Of a DNA stretch of 64,000 nt, positions 46,813 to 60,365 are shown in pieces. Below the pieces are notes generated by a model. That model had not been told where the DNA came from, did not search any database, and was given only the letters and a program-made list of their open reading frames with translations. Source of the stretch: the human T2T-CHM13v2.0 reference genome, Homo sapiens; assembly GCF_009914755.1 (NCBI RefSeq), contig NC_060927.1. One strand, written 5' to 3'. Both the position numbers and the translations under genes were made by a program. Position 1 is the stretch's first letter. The number at the start of each line of letters is the position of its first letter.

Positions 46813-49800
46813 ATTTAGAGAGTTCCTTTTGGGTTCACTCACTATAATTCTTTTAATACAGAAAAGGCTGCTCCTTCAGTGAGTTGTCTTTCAACTCCAG
46901 CCCACAGTGTTATACATCATTGCCCCTTACTGCTGGGGACCCTCACTCTGGCAGGCCACCCCCTTGGTCAGAATACTTTTCAATATAACCTCAGATTCAG
47001 TTTCCACAGATAACACCTCTGGTCCTTGGGTTTCACTGATTTTGATCTCCATTTTGACATGAGTGCTGCTGCTTCCTAGGCAGCCATTTTTTTCTGAGCA
47101 GCCATAGAGCTCTGTAACTTTCCAAGAGATGAATCAGGCCCCAGTCCCTCTGTCCTTCAGGTGCAGAAGATGCGCATCCATCTCTCCCACCACACTGAAG
47201 AACACACACTGGGCTTGGGCTTGGGAATGAGGGGATTGAAATGGAATGTACAACTGTCTCTGAAGAGGTTTCTTCACAATTTTTCTTTCCTTATACAAAA
47301 GCTAGCTCTTTTGAATTCCTAATCTAGATGAAGGGTCATATATCCTGTAACTGGTTCTCAATATTTCATTTGAAAATTTGTTTCTTGGCGATTGCTCTCA
47401 CAGCTAACTTTAGTATCTCACAAAGTACAATGTATGTTTGCTCTATTCTATAACAACCATCCTGTTTCTGCTTAATACAAATTTTGAATATTCACTATTT
47501 TCTAGAAACCTTTCTATTTGTCAATATGCTCTATGAAATGAGGGTAGCTAGAATCAGACATACTCCACATAGAATCTCTATACTCCACATAGAGACTGAG
47601 CAGCCCAGAGTTCACAGGGAGGTATGTTGCTGTCTTTTATCTGTTTGACTTCTATTAGGGCTCCTAGAAGTTGAGTGTATAAGGAAGAGAAAAAGGAAAA
47701 AAGGGAGGAGTCAGTACGTATAGACTCTTAAGCCTAAACTACCTGAAAAAATGAGATACCATTAATAGAAAACAAAAAAATTAAGATAGAGAGATTGAAT
47801 ACAGAGAGAGGAGTTCCGTTTTAGATATGTCGAATTTGACATGCCAGCAGGACCCTGTGTGGAAATATTCAGTAGATAGTAAGCAAACTGGAGACTGGAA
47901 TATACTGGAGGTTAAACTTAAAGAGAGAGAGATTTGGGGATTATCTTCATAACGATAATATATGAAGTCTCAATAAGAGAGGATATATTCAGGTTGAGCT
48001 TGTGGGGCCTGAAGTTCAGGCCTGAAGGTGGTGAAGGTTCATCCAGATTTGAAGAGAAGGCAACATATTCTCTGGAACTCTATAGCTACTTAGGTGAACT
48101 AAAAGTATTTCTACCACTGGCCTATCATATTGTCTGAAGTTTCCATCCACTTCATTTATTAGGGTTCTCCCAAAGGCGAGGAATGCATTATGCCACCTAA
48201 GAGGGGGTCACATATTAGTTGCCTGACACATCATAAGGAACACATTTACCTGATTGATAACTCATTGCCACTCACTATAAAACTAAACCAGAATCATAGG
48301 AGAATGGGACATGGGGTTTGGATTCCCAGAAGCAATTAGAATTGAGCTCTGGATCAGTGGGGAGAAAACAGGCTTGAGTAGCCAGGGATTGAGTGAGTCA
48401 CGATAGAGGAGTGTTTGCAAAACATGACAAGGAGGGTTTATTGCTTCAGGGAAATAGTGTATATTTAAAACGAGTTTAGAATTGTATTGAGTAATCCTCA
48501 CCTAGCCAATGATTTTATGAAAAAATTATGTATTCTAGTTAAAATCACTTTAGGTTTACTTTTTTCCTCCCTTAAAAAAAATTGGATTCCATTATAGCAT
48601 ATGTTAGTCTATTATATATTTGTATATAATAAAATATGTGGTAATGGCAGTTTTACAGTAATCCATGAAGAAATGATACAATGAAGGCTTGTTTTAAAGC
48701 ATATCCATAAATCTTTTTGCATTTTTCTATTTTGAAAATGTACTTTTCTACTTGAAGCTGACATCAAACATCTAAACTTCAAAATATAAATACCCATTAT
48801 AAGTTTTGATTGTTGTTTTAATTTCCATAAACAAAATACATGAGATAACCAGTTTATTCTAGTATTCTATTAATCTTTTGGTTGAAATGCTCATCAGCTG
48901 TCATCCTGACTCTACAAGCAACCTTGTGATATATGAATATCTTTGCAGTAGATATAATAATCAGTTCTGAAAAATCTTTGTTCAGACCTGTTATATCTTT
49001 TAAGAGAACATATTCAGTAGCATAATTCCTGTTGGAAACTTTTTTTAGCATTATACAGACCTTCATAAATTGATAATGTCTAGTAACCTTTGACATTGCC
49101 TGAAAATGCAAAGATGGAAATCAGAATTTTGAGGATTCATCAGGAAGGTGTGAGGCATGTACCAGAACTCATGATAATGTACCACACACATAGCTTTGAA
49201 TAGCCACGTTTTTAATTTTCCAAAGTTAGTCATCTCCAAATACCACAGTCAGGGTTAAAAATACGTGTAGAAAAGGCTGGGTTATTCAGCATAGTCAACT
49301 GAAACTGTCAGCCAGCTTGAAAAATTGTAACACAATAAGTAATATTCACAATGATGATTCTCAGGATAAAAGTCTTAGCTATCATTTCTTTTATATCCAC
49401 TATGTGGCAGAAACTTTAATATAGTTTCTAATGGAACATATTGTTTAAGTAACAAAATGTCTCTATGAAATAGGTGGTATTAGGTAGTGCTGTGTTCTCC
49501 TGAGTCCAAGGAACACTTATGTTCTAAAATTTGTCATTTACTCATGCTTGGAAAGCTGGTAACCCATATTTGATAAAATAGAGTACTTTACTTTCAACCA
49601 TGTTAGATAAGAATATTTATTTGTATTCATGTATATTGGCTGTCCCATCTATGCAAATGTAATAACAGCATGGTCAATAGAATACATGTTGCAAGTTATT
49701 TTTTTCCACTGTTAATGATGGCTTTGGGTGCCATTTTCCATCCAGTGTCTAGATCTATCCATCAGTCCTCTAGTGACTAACAGACTTCCAAAGATGGAAG

Positions 49801-49974
49801 TCCTGAGCTGATATTGGAGCTGGTGGCCATAGCTTGGAGCAAAGTGAAATGATTACTTGCTTGACTCCGTGATCTAACACATATATGCACACAGATGAAT
49901 GGAAAGATTTAGAGTTTATATATAATATAGATTTGGGATATATTTAGGAAGTAAAATCAGTAGAATCAAACATT

Positions 49975-50705
49975 TGCTTCTAGTGATTCTATTTTCTAAA
50001 TATATCCCAAATCCTTCTACTTCTATCTGTTTCCACAGCTGCTACCCTAGTCCAATTCATCATCATCTCCCTCCTGAACCAACAACATCCTAATTGGTCT
50101 CCTTCCTTTTAGTCCTGTCCCCACCTCTTCCAGTCCATTCACCCCAGTGCAACTAGCGTGCTCTTAAAATGCAAATATTATCATGTAATTTCCCTGACTA
50201 AAATCCTTCACTGGCTGCCCACTTAGAGCCCACCAGATTTGACCACTGCCTATCTCTTCAGTTCTCATCTTGAGCTTTCTTTACCTTGATTTCTTTATTT
50301 GAGCCACACTGACTTTCTTATGGTCTGTCTTATTTACTAAGCTCCATCCAGCTTCAGGACCTTGGGGCATGCTATTGTCTTAGTGGGAACACTTCTCTTC
50401 CCTCTCTTTACCTAGCCAACAGGTATTGATTCTTGAGGACTTAGCCTGAATGTCAGTTTTGTTAGAGCAACTTTCCGTGATTCCCAGAGTAGGCCATGCC
50501 CGACAATCAGACACTTTTACATCACCCTGTCTCTTTCATAGCATTCCCAATAACTGTAAATTAAATAATAATTTGTTATTATATATTAAAGCCCATCTCT
50601 TACGCTTAGTTGTTAGCTTCATGAATTGTTAGCGTCTGAAGTTTTCTTATACACTATTGTCTCCCCACACCCTTGGCATGGTGCCTGACATGTAGAGGCA
50701 CATTT
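49975..50705 (+). mobile_element. L2 3' part
   Basis: gattctattttctaaatatatccc...aaatccttcactggctgccc...cttcaggaccttggggcatgct...tggcatggtgcctgacatgtagaggcac. Confidence 0.85.
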
Positions 50706-52736
50706 TGCTATGTTCAAAATATTGAGCTTTTCACCCTGTAATTTTATAAGATAAATGTTGGCCTATGTCTTAGAAATGTCTGCAAGCTCTTGTGGGATTA
50801 AATATTTTAATATCAAGAATTTGGCCACATGTACTCAGGAACATATCACTAAGACTGATAGGCCATTGTCAACTCAACTTCCTTTATGTTTGACTATCCA
50901 TTAATAATGTCACTTATTGATCGTTAAATAAAGGAACTAAAAGGACTTAGAAATGGGAGATGTTGAATAAAATTAGGAAAACAGGAACCAAAGCCAAGGA
51001 TGTAAGATGAAGGTAGTATTAAACACTAAGGGGCTAAAAAGGAAGAAGTTACATGGATAAAGATGCAAGGGAGAAAGATGTTTTCAGAAAAGAAATCCAT
51101 TGAATAGACAATATTACAGATGTGTCAATAAGTTTAGGCCGAAAGCAAGAAAATTCAGCTTTTTTTCTTTCTTCCTTTCTTTTGCCCTTCCTTCCTTCCT
51201 TTCTTTCTTTCACAATTAATGTACTACTCATGAGAATGGAATTTTTTTACAAACACTGGGACAAAGGTCAAGGCGTGGGCAATGCTAAAAGAGAAAAAAG
51301 GGTTTCGATTAGGTAATTTGCTGGTAACACCTTCAGTAAATAAATGTGAGAATAATACGGGGTGTTTGTCATTACAGTGAGTCTTTAATCAAATCCATTC
51401 AATAGAAAAGCTGTAAAGTAATTTGCAAAGTGCTTTGTGATAATGAAAGACTATATAAAAACAGTCTTAACCTAGCAACTGAAATTATAAAACTATTTGT
51501 TTTAGGGAATTCAAACTCTGGCATTTTTATCTCCCTTGAGTAGTGAGAATAAATTGATTTATGACCCTGAGTGTTTCTTTATTTGAATTAAATGGTTCTA
51601 TAAGTATTTACACTGATGAACTGTTAGGGGACGTACACTGCTAGCAATAACTTTACTTTTGCTTTTGCATTTCATTTTAAATTGTTCAAGATTCCAAAAA
51701 ATAGCATTTTGTGAACCACATCTGGTGTGCAGGACATGGGTGAGCTTTAAGCCTATGCTTTATTGGCTTGATAAAAATGAGAGAGAGAAAATACAAACAA
51801 AAGCCCCAAAAGCGTCATCTTCTAAATGCGTGGTCAGTAAGTAACTGGAGATGAGTAGAGATGTCTAGCAGACTGATTCCATTTTAATTTTTTCCTGTAA
51901 TTAAAAGAAGAGAATCTTTATCAAAACTCATAGTTCAGTTTCCCTTTTTGTAATTTATTTACTAGGGGCCACTTGCAGAAGTGGAGGTTCCCAAGGTTCA
52001 GAGAAACCATAAACTCAGGCTGAAGCTCTTGCTGCGAGTTACTACACTAAAAGCCCATAGATACCCATAGATACCCATCTCAAGTCTATGATGAGTTTAT
52101 CTGCTGGTTCATAAAATGCCAAAGACTTTGTGGGAAAAGGGACAACAGCATCACACTTTTATTTGATGTCTAACATAGAGGTTCCAACTATTTTCAGCAT
52201 AGTCTACAAAATTAGAAATTTACCATACTCAAGATGTTTGCGACTTTAAATTGATCATCATGGTGTGTTAAGAAGGTCCTACATTTAGAAAAGGAATATG
52301 CCCCATGATCTCAGTGGGAGGGAAGTATTCATAGAGGCTTCATTCTATCTATTGTTTTTCGATCAGGACTAGGTCACAACGTCCCAGTCCTGATGTAATT
52401 TTAGGGAAATTAAATGGGAAAAACTGAAAATTACATCATTAATTATATTCAGTATCAATTGAAATTACTTCTTGATACAATCCTGGGAGTAGAACACATA
52501 CATGAGATTAGCTACTCACAGCTTCATTTGTGACTAGGCCCTAGCATATTATAGATTAGGTAAAGAGATAACACCTAATACACACACACACTCACACCTA
52601 CACACGCATTGCTTTATTGCTTTCCTCCTAAAAATCTCAGGTTAACAGTAGGTTTTAAAACTAGGCAATTGCTCTTGTCCTGGGCTGGGTGGTTAAAAGT
52701 TCTAAAACTTGAAGTGTTTTAAAATATATATTGATG

Positions 52737-53111
<375 letters not shown>

Positions 53112-54389
53112 TCACAGAGTCTGGGTCAACTGGGCTAGAAGAAGGCCTAGACATTCCCATTTTTTAAACAGTTGCCAGATGATTATAATGAGAGCTCAAG
53201 ATTGAGAACTACAGATAAATGCTCTTTTATTCAGTCCTCTTGATAACATTAATAAGTAGGCTATACCATTAGAATTTTGCTTATCAAGAAACTGACACTC
53301 AGCTTAAAGCTAAGATTTGAACTAATGTCTTTAGATTTTTAAATCTGTGATTTTCCCCATGAGTTCATATTTCTTAAAACTTCTGGTGAGACCAGGCAAT
53401 TTCCATGGAAAGCTGTGCTATTGAGAGAGAAAGGAAAAAGAAAATTCAATTATTTAGGCTAAAAATAGAAAATGTATTTAAGCTTTTGAGCAAAAGTGTT
53501 GTAGCATATTCACTGAAGTTTTACGGGTTTGCCGCAACAGAGAGCTTAATGAATCTTACCTCATTACATGATGTTACTTTGGAAAAAGCTGGCAATGAAG
53601 TATCACATCCCTCCCGATTCTGCTGGCCAAACTTTAAAAATGAGGCACAAAAAGATAACATTTCAGAGAGTTTTTTCCACATATATTTTAATGTTACAGA
53701 AAGCAAGATTTTTACATCATATTTCTCTGACACGTAATCTCTTTCATAAAAAATGGCCAATATGAACTGTTATGTGTATATTTTGTTACTATCATTGTTG
53801 GGTATTGCCTTTGAATCTCTGCTCCTCGTTTATGTATGGGGACATAAGAGAAGAATATTGTTGAATAGGCAAAATATTATCATGGGCATCTTATCCCTAT
53901 TGTACCCTCAAAACACCAGTAATTGACCAAATGTAAAAATCTAAATCTGATCTTTAGGTAGGTCAGTTTTATCTAAAATCAAGTACAACTGCCTCCCCCT
54001 CCTCTCCATTTTCATTTGCTCTCTTCGGCAGAGCTGCCAGCAGCAGATGTAGTAAGAATGCGTAGGGCCGCCAAGACTCTTACTCAAGTCCTTGTGATTG
54101 TTGTGGCCGTCATGTCAAGTTTCAGATTCAGAAACACGACTTTATTAACTCATCCACAAATGATCGGGTTCTTGAGGGGGGGGGGAGGAAAAATTTGTAC
54201 TGACAAAACTTATGAGCAATCAATTTATAAATCATGACGGTAACTTGTTAAATTACAACAGAAAAGAATCTTGGCCCCGGATCAGTTTGCTCTCTGGGGT
54301 TGTATTCTTTTTGGTTTGTTCATTCTATCAACAACAAAGTATTGAATGCCTGTTTCTTGTAAGATACTTTTTTCACTGGGTTTGCCTTC

Positions 54390-54880
54390 ACAGGGTAGCT
54401 GATTGTAAACCAGAAGTGGTTTGGGTTGTTTATCGGTTGCAAAGAGTGGAAACTCACTCAGGCTTGTTTGAGTTAAAGGGGATTCACGGAAAAATAATGG
54501 ACACATTCAGAAATAAAGTACAGAAGTATAGTCAGGCCTTGAGGACATGGGGATGTTAGTAGGCATCTCTCCCTTCTCTCTCTCCTGCTCTGGTGCTCTC
54601 AGGCCAAATGGTGTCTCATCTCTACAGTCCTCTGCACATTTGCCCCATGACAATCAGACTTGCTTTGCTTGCATGCAGCCTAACATGTCTGTCAACCCAA
54701 TGTGGCCCCTAATTCAGAGCATACAAGCACTTACAGCCAGCTTGGAGTGCCCATGCCCACTCTATCTGCCCAGTCTCTAGGCTTCTTAGTGAATATCCTC
54801 TTGAAAGGAGTCTGATTGGCTTAACCTAGACCATGGATATTTCCCCAGATCATGTGTCTAAGTCTGGCTCAATCACACTT
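54390..54880 (-). mobile_element. Old MLT1-type LTR remnant
   Basis: ggttgcaaagagtggaaactcactcaggct...gagtctgattggcttaacctag. Confidence 0.55.
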
Positions 54881-55390
54881 AACATACCTGGCTCTGGGAC
54901 CTACCCCTTCTCCAGGGGGCTAAGAATTCTATTTCAATGGAGAGAATGTGGGTGGAGGACACTTGGGGAGGGGCATCAAATATATTTGTGAATATGAGGC
55001 ATTCTTTAGGTGTTCTCCTGGTGGGTGTAGGGGTATGCTCAATGAGGTCTTGAGGACTGGGACCAAGCTGGTGGGGCAATGGAAGCAAGGGTCATTTCAC
55101 CATGCCATTCTGCCATGGAAGAAAGAATAAGTCTGGGAGGCAGGGCCAGGAGAAAAGAGGCAGCACCCCAGAGATTTCCATGCCTGCAGCATACACAGCT
55201 ACTGGGATGTGTCATCATTCAAAGGGTTTGTTACAGCCAGTTCCCCCTTCGCTGCCCTAGAGAGAGGCTTGTAGATAGCATCCCTGCAATGAGTTTGGGG
55301 AACAGGCAGGACAATACCAGGAGAGAAAGAGGCTAATACTCACAGAAGAGAAGGCACTGAGGCTTTCTGGAAAGGATCCCAGGCACTGGG

Positions 55391-55811
55391 TATAGTGGGC
55401 TGAATAGTGGCCCCAAAAAGACATGCTCAAGTCCTGAACCCCAGTATCAGGTGAAAGGATCTTATTTGGAAATAAGGTATTTGCAGATGTAAATAAAATA
55501 AGGATCTCAAGATAAGATCATTCTGGATTAGGATGGGCCCTAAGACACAAAAAGACACAGGAAAGAAGACCACATGAAGATGGAAACAGATATTGGAGTT
55601 ATGCTGCCACAAGCCAAGAAACACCAGGAGACCCCAGAATCTGAAAGGAGCAAGGGAGGATTCATCCCTGGAAACTCTGGAGGGAGTGTGGCCCTACTGA
55701 CACTTGGATTTTAGACTTCTGTCCTCCAGCACTGTGAGAAAATACATTTCTATTATTTTAAGCCAACAAGTTTGTGGCAATTACTCATGGCAGCCCTAGG
55801 AAACTAATATA
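55391..55811 (+). mobile_element. MLT1C-like MaLR solo LTR
   Basis: tagtgggctgaatagtggccccaaaa...gcagccctaggaaactaatata; perfect 5-bp TSD ctggg at 55386-55390 and 55812-55816. Confidence 0.92.
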
Positions 55812-56651
55812 CTGGGCTTATGACAGGCAGAGCTCTTCTAGGAAACTGAGTCTGAGATGAAGGAGGTAACAGTCAGGCCCCTCAGGGCATTCCTCAGCTT
55901 TCCTTAGTAGCAGCTCCCAGACCATAAACATAGGGTGTGGGGCACTGAGCACTGGGTTTGGGGGTCCCAGTCTCAGTGAGGACATAGGCTCTAAGCCAGA
56001 CTACACAGAATGGTCTTTGCCTCCCCTGTCTTGAGATGGAAGTGCTGCATCCATGACATTATGAAAAGATTAACTAGGCTTACAGCTCACTTTGTCACTG
56101 ACTCCCTGTATATCCTTCTACAAATTCCTCACTCTCTGAGGACCTCAGTAACATTAATCATTTATTTTTAAAAATTACACAAGATGGCCTCTAAAGGTCT
56201 TTGTGCTCGGGACCTCCTTGTCCATAAACCTATGTAGTTACAGTAAGGGAACAGTCAGGCCTGAGTCTGCAAGACTGCCTTGCGGACTGGCTCCCTCAAT
56301 GGGATGTACCAGCTTGATAGAGCTATTGCCTCTTCCCACCACCCTGCTGGAATGATCCTTAGATCTGATCCTCTTTGTGTCTCAACTACTACCTGGGACC
56401 AATGGGTGCTTTGAGAGGATTTGGCCTTGAGTTTCTACTTACAGCCAATGTCCCTGCAATACCTCTTGGGGATACATTTGGCACTCGAGACATAGCACAC
56501 AGTTCCCACAGACCTTGCTGGGTGTTCCATAAGGCAGACCCTCTTTAGGACTCAGGCTGATACTGGAATGCTCCAGGTGACTTTGGAGGCTTATGAGAGT
56601 GAGCTATAAGTGTCCTACCTGAGATCCTTTTCTGAAGGCACAGTCTGGAAC

Positions 56652-56851
56652 TGCACTATTTAATATGGTAGCCACCAGCCAAATGTGGCTATTTAAACTT
56701 AAAATTCAATTAAAAAATAATTCAGTTCCTCAGTTTCACTAGCTTCATTTCAAATGCTCAGTAGTCATGCATGGTTAATGGCTAACATAGTGGAGCTTGT
56801 TAAGTAAATAACATTTTCATTATCACAGGAAGTTCTATTGAACAGAACTGC
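56652..56851. mobile_element. MER3 DNA transposon
   Basis: aatatggtagccaccagccaaatgtggctattt...ttcagttcctcag...aagttctattgaacag. Confidence 0.88.
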
Positions 56852-56857
56852 TCTAGA

Positions 56858-57000
56858 GAAGTGCTTCAAATTACCTGAGGATCTGTTAAAATTCAGATTC
56901 TGATTCATTTGGTCTGGGTTGGGGCCTGAGAGTCTGTAATTCTACCAAGCTCCTAGGTGATGATGTTGGGGATTCATGGACCACGCTTTGAGAGGCAAGG
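56858..57000. mobile_element. MER5A abutting MER3
   Basis: cagattctgattcatttggtctgggttggggcctgagagtctg...ggaccacgctttgag. Confidence 0.88.
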
Positions 57001-57158
57001 ATAAAGAAAACTACTGTATACGAATTAGGGCCACGATGTGAGCTGTATGTCAAATGGGTAGGAGCATATTTCATCTGAAGGAAGTAGAAAAGGGACTAGG
57101 GTAGCTTGATTGAAGTAGAGGCTTCAGGGAAGAAAAAAAATGGAAAGTCACTTGGCTA

Positions 57159-57585
<427 letters not shown>

Positions 57586-57591
57586 CTAGTG

Positions 57592-57818
57592 CAAGGGTTG
57601 GCAAATTTTTTTTTGGTAAAGGTCCAGATAGTAAATATTTTAGGCTTTGTGGGCTATACCGTCTCTGTTGCAATTACTCAAGTGTTCTGTTGTAGCATGA
57701 AAGCAGCTATAGGCAGCACATGAAGAAATGCATGTGGCTGTGTTCCAATACAACTTTATTTCCAAAAACAAGCAGCATGTTGGATTTGGCCCACGGGGGC
57801 ATAGTTTGCTGATTCCTC
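57592..57818. mobile_element. MER58A DNA transposon
   Basis: gggttggcaaatttt...ccagatagtaaatattttaggctttgtgggc...tgttccaata...atagtttgctgattcct. Confidence 0.9.
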
Positions 57819-58929
57819 TACTGGTGGGTCATATTGGTTGAGTGAATTTGTAGTGAAGTTACAGCAAGTCAATGAGCGGTTCTACATAGCACAGAACCTG
57901 TCTTAGTCTCATTATTAGTTATAGCTAATAAAATAACAGTAAATGTCAATTATTAGTATAATTGGTTTCATTTCAAATTCAAAGCAAGAATTCTCTAACG
58001 CATACGAAACATTTCAGTCATTATTGAAGTTGAATCATGGTATGTAGAGATTAAAAGCTGCCCCAGAAACACAAAGTGAAACAAACTCTAGACAATCAAT
58101 TTAAAAGCAAAATCCACTAGCTGGCCCCTTCTATTATCATGTTAAAGCAGAAAATTATCATCTAAATCCCAGATTGTATAATTGCCTTATTTACCGTGAG
58201 GGGAAAATAAAGGCCTGGGGAGAGCCACTGGTCCAATGTCCACAGTTTAATGGATGACCAACTTAGGATAAAACTAGGGCTCATATTTCCTAAACAACAT
58301 CTAACCCTTCGGTGACATAGCCTCTACAGAATAAAGGAGGCACTGCTCAAATATTGTTCAAGTGCAAGGTGCTCCTACTCAGAGAAATGGCACTGAATTG
58401 TGGCTGTAAACACAAGCATAGATATTATAGATATTCGTTGAACATTTCATAAATCATTTCCTTGTTTTCTTAGAGTTTTAGGAGAAGGATCTAGATGATA
58501 AACATCTCTCTAAAGGGCTATCTAGTAAATTTTAAATGAAGTCTTTAGTCATTCGACAAGAATTTCTATGTGACAAGCGAAAAACAGAAATCAAGATTAT
58601 TTCATTTATAATTATTTTATAAAGAACAAACTACCATTCCATGCAACAGTTCTGTTGGAGGAAGCACTGAGCAAGATGTTAAGAGGTCTTAGATCAGTCG
58701 AGGCTTCTGATGACTTGGTTTTCTGAGATCTAAATTTCAGATCACCATTATCTTCCCTCTCCTCCATCTCTGCCTGCTTCTCCAACATCTCTTCAATGTA
58801 AACACATTATCTTCTCAAAGACCTGCCTTTCTTCACACAGTTCAGTTGGCAGTCATTCAACCAAGCGCAAGATCACCATAAGCTTCAGGGAAAATCACTT
58901 CGACAGTATCATGAAGGGATTCGGGTTAA

Positions 58930-59100
58930 TGTTAAAGGGCTACGATCCCATGACACCTCTCTGAGGCATGCAGAACAAATAATATCAATCCTATTTCATA
59001 GATGAGGGAACTGAGGCTCAAAGAGTAGCAGCAACATGCCCAAGACCATTTGGAAGGTGTAAGACTGCTGCCACTCACATCTGCTGTCTCTAAGTCCGGG
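58930..59100 (-). mobile_element. MIR remnant
   Basis: cctatttcatagatgagggaactgaggctcaaagag...atgcccaagacc. Confidence 0.8.
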
Positions 59101-59454
59101 CCTCCTCTCCCGTGCTTCTTGATGGTTGTGGCAGCTTTGTCATTTTTCAGGGCATGGTGGGACCTTGGATGGGGGCAGGGCCCAATCACGACGGAGACAA
59201 AATGTCCCAACAGCCTCATGTGATGGATGAATTCATGGTCAAAATTATTTTGATGAAAGAAAGAAGTAATATTTCTTGAACCTTAGTTTGTAGACTGATA
59301 TTTACCCTCTGTATAAATGAACAAGAATTTATATGTAAGAACAGTTGTTTATTGCAATGGAAATGTCTTTATCTCAGCCAATAAGCCAAACCAGAATCTG
59401 GGGGTCAACTTTGACTCTTTATCTGTCCTAATTCATCACAATAATCAATCACCC

Positions 59455-60365
59455 ATTTAATTTTAAAACAGTGCTTTATTGTTGGATTTTTAAAAAATCA
59501 TAGAAGTAATACATCCTCTTTAAAACAAGTAAAACACTATAAAGATAAATGAAGAGAAAATTAAAGTTCTGCTCTTTCATCTCCGTTTCTCCCCCTGACC
59601 TTGAGGCAATTAATTTAACATTTTGGGATGTCTCCTCCAAAACATACATATGCATAGCTAGGGCCTTTCTCTCTCTTCCTCTTTTTTCTCTTTTTCTTTC
59701 TTAAGAAAGCAAGATTATACTATAAATGTAGTTTAAAAACCTATAATTTGCTCTTTTTTCTTTACAAAAAAATTGCCTCTTGCTGTTGTTTTAATTTCCC
59801 AAACAAGAGTGAGATGGAGCATATTTTCATATGTTCAGTCACTATTTGTATTGCTCATCTTTTGCTCACTTTTGAATGTTAATCATCAATCTGTTGCAGC
59901 TTTTAATATATCATGGATATTGACCACAAGGTGGCAAATAATTTCTTCCAGTCTAACATTTGCTTTTAGTTTGTTTATGGCATCTTTGCTCTATAGTTTT
60001 TCATTTTGATGTACATTAGTCAACTTTTTTTTACTGTGCTGTCTGGGTTTTTTGTGTTACCTAAAGAGACACTTCTCACCTACCCTTAAATTATGTGTAT
60101 AGTCACCTATACTTTCTTCTTATATTTTTATGCTAGAAATATTAGCTTCTTTTTATCCACCCATTTCTGTTTATATAAGGTGTTAGAAAGGGATCTACTT
60201 TTATTTTTTCCAGATGGATAAGCCATTGACCCAACTGAGTTAACTATAACATCCATCCTTTCTCAGTGAATTGGGATGGTGGCTTAATCATATATTACCT
60301 TCCCATATATTATAGAATATATTTTTGGAATCTCTTTATGTCCCACTCATCATTTTATTGGTTCA
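59455..60365 (-). mobile_element. L1ME-type 3' fragments
   Basis: ggagcatattttcatatgtt; ggcaaataatttcttccagtct; tttttccagatggataagccattg. Confidence 0.65.

Noticed and set aside
39810-51180. gaaagaaaaagctgaa-ttt at ~39820 and an inverted look-alike at ~51155, each beside a purine tract
   Set aside because: Homology does not extend beyond low-complexity sequence
54015-54035. ttgctctcttcggcag resembles the U6 snRNA 5' end (gtgctcgcttcggcag)
   Set aside because: Similarity stops after ~16 nt and there is no U6 body
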